Shown here: piece after piece, positions 56,293 through 64,000 of the stretch
Numbering within the stretch: position 1 is the first letter of the stretch
Layout: every line of letters begins with the position of its first letter
From: Flectonema sp. DT1601
Taxonomy: Eukaryota
DNA: 64,000 nt
Assembly (NCBI GenBank): GCA_964019425.1
Contig: OZ025794.1
Coordinates: 620,001-684,000, forward strand
Direction: 5' to 3'
Notes under the pieces: generated by a model
Databases searched by the model: none
Seen by the model: only the letters and a program-made list of their open reading frames with translations
What the model was told of the DNA's origin: nothing
Made by a program: the position numbers and the translations under genes

Positions 56293-57977
56293 GCTCTTTG
56301 TCTTTATCTTTGTTAAGTTACAGTATTGTACTTCTGTAGCCTCCCTGGATTTTATTTCTGTAGTCGTGTTTGTCTGGTGATTGTGGGTTTGTTGTTTACT
56401 GATGAAAAATAAAAAAATATTTAAAAAAAAAAAAAAAAAGTTATCTCAGATGTGGTGATCCAGTCACACTGAAGACACATTATTTGGATTGTCTGACTGT
56501 GTACTGGAAAACTAATCGCCATATTTTTTTCTGATAACTTAAAAAGATGTAAATATTATAAAGGGACTTGCTTGAGACGGCGAGTATCCTCCTATTTATC
56601 GATGTCACGTGTAGTAAATATAATATAACCAGCTTGCACATATCGAATTTCCGTAACGCGGAATTAAGAGGAAGACTTGTGCCATACGGGCTGTTTTTTT
56701 TTACCGTTTTTAAAAAATTAAAAATTGTGTTTTTTTAAGTTCTTTCTTATGTTAGTTTCTTCAGTGTTTTAATGGGCAGGCCAGAGAGTATTTTCGGTTA
56801 CCCGCAAATCCCTTTTCCCTCTCCCGTTTTTTTGATCTCTTTCCCCGATTGGTATGTTATGTACTTGTTCTGCAAGAAAGAAATGAAAGGAGAAAAAAAG
56901 AATCAAAAGAGATATCCTTGTTAAGAACGTTCTGTCGCATGCAATAGGGACATAACTTCCAACCAGTGGTACGCCAATCGTCAATCGAAAATGGGTGTTG
57001 GTTTTTGTAGCAGTCCGTCCTGAACAAAAAAAAAAAAAAAAAAAAAAAAAAAGAATATTAAAAAATAATCAACGTGGGGTTATAAATTGTTTCTTCTCAT
57101 GGTAGCATTCATTTTAAAACCTCTCTTAGCGTGTGAAAAGAGTTAGTTAGCAGATCGTTTCCAGACCTACTTGGAATCAAACTGCTACTCTCATTATTAT
57201 AAATATCTCATCGTTAGTACTAAACAACTAGTTCCATGAATTAGTTGTCTGACAACAGCCTTGGAGTGCTCCTTTTATCGTTCCGGAGCTTGCAAGTGCT
57301 GGTCGGTACAATTAAAAATATTTGTAACATTACTCGTAGCCAATCTCTCCGTGTGTTTGGTACTTCTTCAGACTTACTTGAAGCTTGTGATGTTTGTTGC
57401 AAAGCAGGTCTGACAACAATTATTGTTTTTTTTGATGTCATCCAGACTTACTTGGAAAGACCTACTTGCGCTTGATTAAAAGAAATTCAGCCACTCTAAG
57501 TGTTGGCATGAAAAAGTCGATACCATAATGGTGTGTTGTTGGCAAGAAACATTGCCCGTAGTAGATGTTTTTTTTTTTTTTTTTTTTTTAAGTTGCGAGT
57601 TCTCACGAGAATCTGTTGTCGGAGTTGCCTTGACTTTTCCCAAAGGCCATGTATTCTTATTAAAGCCTAGAATCAAACAGCAAAAAGTTTTGTATTTGTA
57701 ACAATTCGAAATAGTTGTTTTTTTTTTTTCCCTTTCCAAGACAACCCCCATTTCGCTTTTTGCTGTTCCTTCGGTAATTTCTGTTTATATGATGTTTGTC
57801 TTTGTGTCCCTCCCAACAGTATGTATCGCTTACGTTTGCTAATCTGCTTTGTTGTTTTCAGTTTTCTGTCAGCGTAGCTGATTTTAAAGATTTTTTTTTT
57901 GGTTGTTGTTTTTTTACGGTTTTACTTATGAAGAAAACTTCTTGTCTTTTTTTTAAAAAAAAAAAAGGAAGAGGGTG

Positions 57978-58023
<46 letters not shown>

Positions 58024-60001
58024 TAAACAGTTGTAACCCTTCTGTTTTTATTATGCTGTTTATTTGTTTTTCTTTTCTCCTTTTTTTTCATTCTCTCAGC
58101 CGGTTGCTGCATGTATTTTGCGGCAACAGACAAAAAAACAAAACGGAAGAATTATTAAATGAAAAAAAAAAAAAAAAAAACTATTTTCAAAGAAATCTAG
58201 ACAACATATTTGCAACTTAACGTCGTAAATATCGAAAAAAGATTACTGTACGTTTCCCAGCGTCTAGTGATGTAGGAAATAGTTGGGAGACAATGCGAAC
58301 ACTAAAAAGTACTAACCCGTGATGTGCTTCTGTCCCCGTGATTTACAAGAGAACGTTCTTGGCTTTGACCGCCTCTTTTCCTATCCCCATTTCCCCCTCT
58401 CCCTTGTCAATAGAGCCTTGCTGGGTCTTCATGATGGCTTCACAAAAGAATAGAAGTTATTCTTTTATAGTAGAAATAGAATAAATAGGCATGACAAACA
58501 TATGCCTGATAATAATTTACTCCAAGCAGACCTTTAAGAAAATAGTTTGATGTTGGTGGTGGCGGATCCTTTCGGCGAAAAGGATGATTGGATTATTCCG
58601 TCATCGATCGACGCGCAAAACTGATTCGCGTTATCGTTCTACATGTAGAGAGACGACAAAATCATTATAAAGATAGTACTTTGTAGTTTATTATAATCTC
58701 TCTGCGAATGTTGAACTGCTGAAACAGAAAATGAAATGGCCTTCGACGGCTGAATCTTTTTTTTTTTTGTGAGGCAAAATAGAATGAAGCGGTCCTTCTT
58801 GCCCTCCCCTCCCTCCCCTTTAAATATGTTGGTTTAATGATTTGCTTACGTTTTTCAGGATTTTTCAATTTTTGTTATTTGCTTTTTTTTTTTTTTTTTT
58901 TTTTCGATCAGCTTTCCTCCCATCAGCAATATATTATTAGTTTTAGCAACTCTTTTATAAGTAAAAAAAAGAAAAAAAAATTTAAAAACAAATGCGTGGA
59001 ATTTTTTAAAAAAAAAAAAAAAAGTTTGTTATTCTTAATTTTGTGAGAGTTAGTTTCCTTTTGCAATGGAAGTACTTTAGTGAAATACTCTTTGCGTGAT
59101 ATCGTGGCAGAGAGTGGTATTAGTTGACTTGAGTACTACCATTACGAAGAAACAATATTCAAAAAAAGAAGAATTCGCTGTGTGGCATGTTTTTGATGTT
59201 ATTTTTTCTTTCTATTTTTGAAATTTAAAACTTCGAACTAAACAAAAATGAGTGGCCTGCAAAAAAGAGTGCAGGCAGTGACGTTGAAAAAGTACGTAAG
59301 CTTAGTTTATCATTTGGTTCAATGTGTTTTCTTATGTTTTTTTTTTTATTATAATTTATTTGATGTAGTCTTCACAAGGATGGATGAAATGAAATAAAAT
59401 CAAAAAAAAAAAAAAAAAAGAGTTTAAAAACCCAACCCGCTCCCACATTTTTATTACTTGTTGTACTGGTTGACTGTCAGCTTTCGTTTGTTTTTATTTT
59501 TTAATATTACTTTTGTAGTATTTTGAAATTGTACAAATTGAAGCTGAATTCTGTGGTAGATTCTCATTCTTTATTCAACCGATATCTCTGTTCTCATCCC
59601 CGCCCCCGAAACCCCTTTTCATGTGTTTGATGGTTTGAGTGTGTACCTGCCTTAGTGCAGTCAACACACATACTCTGTTTCTTATTGAGTCTTTTTAATT
59701 TTGTCCAACCCGTGTTGGTAAGAAAAACCTTACCTACTCCGTTTTTCCCGTATTCTTTTTTTTGAAACAATTTCCTTTTTTTTTTTTTTAATTTTTTTTT
59801 TTTTTTTTCACTCCCCTCTCTTCACCCCCAAAAAATTTCATATTTTTTAGCTTTTGCTTCTCTGCTCTAGTGACATTAATTTTGTGATCCTTTGTGTTTA
59901 CACTCTTTTTTTTTCATGTGACAGGTGACTTGATTTTAACAACATCAGCTGGTGAGATTTTCTTACTATATATTTGCTACGTTTTCAGAACTGTTCTAGT
60001 C

Positions 60002-61417
60002 ATGAATATAATTAACGTTGGCGTGGATCTGATCTACTGGTGGCAACCTTTGACTAATCATCAAAAACAATGGATGACAGTCACACGTGAGAGATATAAA
60101 ATAGAAATAGAACAAATATCATCAATGCACGATTTAGAATTGAGTTTTATATTTGTTGAGGGAATCACATCCATAAAACAAAATCTAATTAACGTAGAGT
60201 CACAGAAGAGATCGGCAATAGGACAGCAGAGTGAATCTTTATTTTATATGATGGGAGCGATGTTTATATCATTTCAGCAGAATTTTTATTTAAATCGATT
60301 GACATTTCAATTCTTCCAACGAAATGAACAAATTGAGCGCTTCCGCTTACTTCGAATAGAGATATTGCAATTCCACAATCTCAGCAGTCGAATTATTTCA
60401 CATCAGCAGTTGGTACGTCAGAATGACTTCTCTTTACGACATGTGACAGAGGAAGAGATATTACAACGATCTCATACTGAGAAAGTATTCATCAACTTGT
60501 TAAGACAGAAATTAATATTCGCAACCAAAACAATCCGTCGGAAGATTAAAAGTACCTCCGCAGAGGAAGCCGTTATAAAAAAGGAATCAGAACAGAGATT
60601 GAAAGTTGAATCAGAACACTGGTCGAAGATAAAATGGATCATCAGAAAAATGAAAGGAGAGATAATTCACATCGAAGCAACAGAGAGAGGTCGGCTAGAG
60701 CAGTCAGCACTGAGGGATATTATTAGAAAGCAGAACTGTCTCGCAGCCTCGCGAGAGGCTTTGCAGCAACAGCTGCGTTTACGAAAACGAAAGCTTTTGC
60801 AAAAAAGCAACAGCGTTCCTACGGAAGTAATTCAACTTATTTTAGAATTCCTTACTTTGGTAGATCGATGTCATCTAAAGCAGACATGTGATGCAATGCG
60901 GAGGATGGTCTACTCGCATGAGGAAGTTTGCTGTCAGATGATCACCAGCTGCGTCAACAACATCGGCCGACCTCATCAAATGCTTCGGAAGTACATCCGC
61001 TCCGTCAAAGTTATTCAAAGCTGGTGGAAAACAACAACTGCAGCAATATTCGTACTCGAAAGGCTCTGTGGAGAAACTAATAATAGTACTCGTGGGATCT
61101 TATCTCGCCGTCGGCAAAACCGCATCTCTGTACTCAACTTCGATAACATCTCAAAAGCCAGAACCGTTCTATTCCCCCTCAGCTCCTTTCAAAGAGGAAG
61201 TAGTCCTTCGGTAATTATTTTAACATCTTTTTTATCATCCGAGTGTTGGATATGCGAGTTGCCGGATCCTAATTCTCACATTTCGAGATGCACTCACTGC
61301 GGGAAGACATTTCATGAGACTTGCGGAGTGAGCCGCAACTACTGTCTTGGGAGATGCGCTGCTGCTGTTGAAGCTGCTTCTGTGACCAAATCTCTTTTGA
61401 GAATTAAATTAAGTTAA
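60002..61417 (+). CDS. Coiled-coil, F-box, IQ and C-terminal PHD-like Zn-finger protein
   Basis: F-box SVPTEVIQLILEFLTLVDRCHLKQTCDAMRRMV; IQ VIQSWWK; CWIC...CTHCGKTFHETC...CLGRC. Start taken at the first ATG. Confidence 0.8.
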   Translation: MNIINVGVDLIYWWQPLTNHQKQWMTVTRERYKIEIEQISSMHDLELSFIFVEGITSIKQNLINVESQKRSAIGQQSESLFYMMGAMFISFQQNFYLNRLTFQFFQRNEQIERFRLLRIEILQFHNLSSRIISHQQLVRQNDFSLRHVTEEEILQRSHTEKVFINLLRQKLIFATKTIRRKIKSTSAEEAVIKKESEQRLKVESEHWSKIKWIIRKMKGEIIHIEATERGRLEQSALRDIIRKQNCLAASREALQQQLRLRKRKLLQKSNSVPTEVIQLILEFLTLVDRCHLKQTCDAMRRMVYSHEEVCCQMITSCVNNIGRPHQMLRKYIRSVKVIQSWWKTTTAAIFVLERLCGETNNSTRGILSRRRQNRISVLNFDNISKARTVLFPLSSFQRGSSPSVIILTSFLSSECWICELPDPNSHISRCTHCGKTFHETCGVSRNYCLGRCAAAVEAASVTKSLLRIKLS

Positions 61418-61678
61418 TCGATCCGGCGAAGTGAATTTACACGCTGCTATTTATAAGTTTACGTTCGTTTTTGTCGCCATTGTTTTTATTCGTTTTTTTT
61501 TTTGTTATTATTTGTAATCGCGTTGTCTGCAATGATTACAAAGGTTTTGTTACACGTCGTGGATTGGAATCCGAATCTGTCTTTCCAGACGGACTCTTGA
61601 AGATTACCTCCGCTTTTTTGCAACACCAGTTTGAATTCTTAAGTACATCATTCATGTCACCTCAGGTCAGCAACAAAT

Positions 61679-63307
61679 ATGGAGGGGCACCTTCAGCCAG
61701 TGCGGATGCCGAAGGTGTTCGAAGAGTACTTTGGAATGTTATCTGGAGTGACACTTTATTTTATGGACAACATACTCCGCGGTGGGAGGCGGGGTAGCTG
61801 GCGTAAGAAAGTTATTGTTGTAACATCACACGCAGTGTTTATGTGCGCAGTTGATGGAAATATAAATCGTTGTATTCCTCTAAAAGAAATATCAGAAGTT
61901 GTGTATGGTGGCGCTCAACAGTTTGTAGTTCTGGTGGTGCCAACTGAGAATGATCAGAGGTCGTTTGATGTGCTGTTGAGAATATCTGAAAACCTTCCTC
62001 TGTTAATAAATGTTCTTCAAAACTTAACTTATGGAAGACGGTTGGAAGCTGGGAAACCAGCCACTCAATTTAAAGTTGTTCAGAACACCCAGTCATTTCC
62101 TCTTCAAGCGTTTAACTTCACGAGACCAGAAGGCTGGAAGATGAAACTCGACAGAGAGATGGTCGACTGCGTGACTGCTGGCACGCCAGCATCCTCAAAA
62201 CAGCCAATTAATTCACTTCCATCTCCAGTTAGTTTCCCTATCCACGATTCATCATTATGGCATCCTTCTCGAAGAGATGAAGCAGCAGCTACAATCCAAC
62301 GAGCTGTTCGCGATAAGCAAATCCCCACCCCAGCACGTTCGCAGTCTGCATCGCCGTCACCTAAGAGGCAGTCTGAAGGAGACCAGTTTCAATCTGTTAT
62401 ATTAAAGAAATTAGAATCTATGGAGAGGGAAATCCAGGAGTTGAAAAAAGTTTCCCGTCAGGCTTCACCAGCTGCTGCTGATCACAAAACTAGAGAAATG
62501 TCGCTGAGATCGTACGATGAAGTCAAAGCAATCCGACAGGAATTGGCATCAGAGGGATTGATAGCTCCGAGTAGCGCATGGAATGAAATGTTCTCTCCAA
62601 CAAAGAGAGGACGTACTTCTAGAGAAGGAGCTATTCCTGGAAAGAAGAATGGAATTGATGGATACTTCGTACCGACATCCAGTCCGATTGCTAATTATCG
62701 AGAATCTGAATATGACGACGATCTGCCTGGAGCAGCTCCTCGAACTGCAAGTCCGATGAGTGATACTCGATGTTGGAATTGCAGAAGGGATCTCACAGGT
62801 GAGGATGTTCTCCCTCGTTGTTCTGGTTGTAGGGCAGCAGTTTACTGTGGAAGACAATGTCAAACTGTTCACTGGACTTATCATAAAACTGAATGTCAGC
62901 AGTTGAATAGCGGAGGTGGGCTGCAGCAATCACCTCAACCTGCAGAGCGGAAGGGTTACTCACTCCAACCACAACAACAGCAAGTTTATATTGTTGACCA
63001 GCGTCACAATGGGGAAATTGCTCAACTAAGACCGACTGAGAAATCATCTCCCAGTAACATTCCTCCACCACCACCTGGACCTCCTCCTGCAGCATCTCAT
63101 ATGGCACCTGATCCTATTCGTGATGGAGTTCATAGTTATGAAACAATTAAACCAACTCCTAGACCTCAAGCTCCACCTGCTCCTTCAACAAAGGAACTCC
63201 CCAACTCCGTAGAACAATATGATCATTTATTTAATACTTACAGAGATTATTATACAGGTCTTATGAGTGGTTCTGATCCACTCCCACCACCAGATATTTA
63301 TTCATAA
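61679..63307 (+). CDS. PH-like (myosin TH1-like), IQ, MYND zinc finger and proline-rich protein
   Basis: WRKKVIVVTSHAVFMC...RCIPLKEISEV; AAATIQRAVR; CWNC...CSGCRAAVYCGRQCQTVHWTYHKTEC; poly-Pro tail. Confidence 0.85.
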   Translation: MEGHLQPVRMPKVFEEYFGMLSGVTLYFMDNILRGGRRGSWRKKVIVVTSHAVFMCAVDGNINRCIPLKEISEVVYGGAQQFVVLVVPTENDQRSFDVLLRISENLPLLINVLQNLTYGRRLEAGKPATQFKVVQNTQSFPLQAFNFTRPEGWKMKLDREMVDCVTAGTPASSKQPINSLPSPVSFPIHDSSLWHPSRRDEAAATIQRAVRDKQIPTPARSQSASPSPKRQSEGDQFQSVILKKLESMEREIQELKKVSRQASPAAADHKTREMSLRSYDEVKAIRQELASEGLIAPSSAWNEMFSPTKRGRTSREGAIPGKKNGIDGYFVPTSSPIANYRESEYDDDLPGAAPRTASPMSDTRCWNCRRDLTGEDVLPRCSGCRAAVYCGRQCQTVHWTYHKTECQQLNSGGGLQQSPQPAERKGYSLQPQQQQVYIVDQRHNGEIAQLRPTEKSSPSNIPPPPPGPPPAASHMAPDPIRDGVHSYETIKPTPRPQAPPAPSTKELPNSVEQYDHLFNTYRDYYTGLMSGSDPLPPPDIYS

Positions 63308-63660
63308 ATGATTCCAGAACGATGATTATTTTGTTATTGTTTCGAACCGACCTGCTTAGAGAGGCAGGAACCTCATGTCTGTTTCATTTGGCTCGCGTGG
63401 ATCTTTTGATTTGATCTTCGCTTTACTTATCAAATACACGAATTGCTGTACTCCCCTCTTCCCAGACTCCCTTTGTCTTTGTACCCGACTTATAGGATAA
63501 TTGTTCGTAAAGTAGAGTAGTAGTGGTCTTATAGTTTTATCAAATAATTACAGCCAACCTACACAATGAAATATATTATGAAGTAAACTGATTACAGTAA
63601 TCACGTTTGCCGTTTATCAATAAATATACTATCTCTACCAGTACACTACACAGCTGGACC

Positions 63661-63944
63661 ATGAGTGCGGGTGACGCTTTGGGTCCAAATTGTTATGGAA
63701 AAGGTCATGGTTGTATTAGGATAATGGACGTCCCTGCTCCGGGTATGTTAAATCATCTTTAGGGTCGACTCATCTTTTGAAGCCAAATTATAAATAACAA
63801 ACAGATTTGGGTGGCTTTCCTTTTCCTGGAAAAGAAGAAATGTCTGTGGGCGGTGGCGGCTTACCTGGCGGGAAGATTGGAGCCCTAAGCGGACCTCGCG
63901 GACCTCCAGTTAGCGCAGGCATTGGTGGTGGTAACGATAGAGAT
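63661..63944 (+). CDS. 5' part of a spliced Gly-rich protein gene (exons 63661-63742 and 63805-63944; continues beyond the window)
   Basis: ATG at 63661, GTATGT donors at 63743 and 63945, AAACAG acceptor at 63804; the frame stays open across the junction. Confidence 0.7.
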
Positions 63945-64000
63945 GTATGTACTCACTCTTATAAACCCGTTCAACAATGTGTTGACTTCATAAACACTTT

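Overview
Eukaryotic nuclear DNA, AT-rich, with long poly(A)/poly(T) tracts. Every credible gene lies on the + strand. The protein families (receptor-type cyclase with a HAMP-like linker, DDC-type EGF-like repeats, PT-rich stalks) plus short GT-AG introns point to a euglenozoan, most likely a diplonemid; this is an inference. Genes: a pentraxin/cadherin-like receptor pseudo-cyclase, a multi-IQ protein, an EF-hand-like protein, two near-identical LVIVD/Ig membrane proteins in a recent 4.4-kb tandem duplication, a SMYD methyltransferase, a 3058-aa adhesin-like surface protein, a SCY1-like pseudokinase, a spliced OGFr-domain gene, a 7-exon TSNAXIP1_N coiled-coil gene, a small EF-hand protein, an F-box/IQ/Zn-finger protein, a PH-like/IQ/MYND protein and several hypotheticals. 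Non-coding features include a 778-bp element with perfect 28-bp TIRs and several dispersed structured repeats. The most striking feature is inside intron 1 of the OGFr gene: a ~1-kb array of three ~300-nt structured units plus a fourth copy of a 76-nt hairpin. That hairpin is identical in all four copies and ends in AGA, like euglenozoan single-hairpin H/ACA guides, so this is a candidate intron-encoded snoRNA/structured-RNA cluster.
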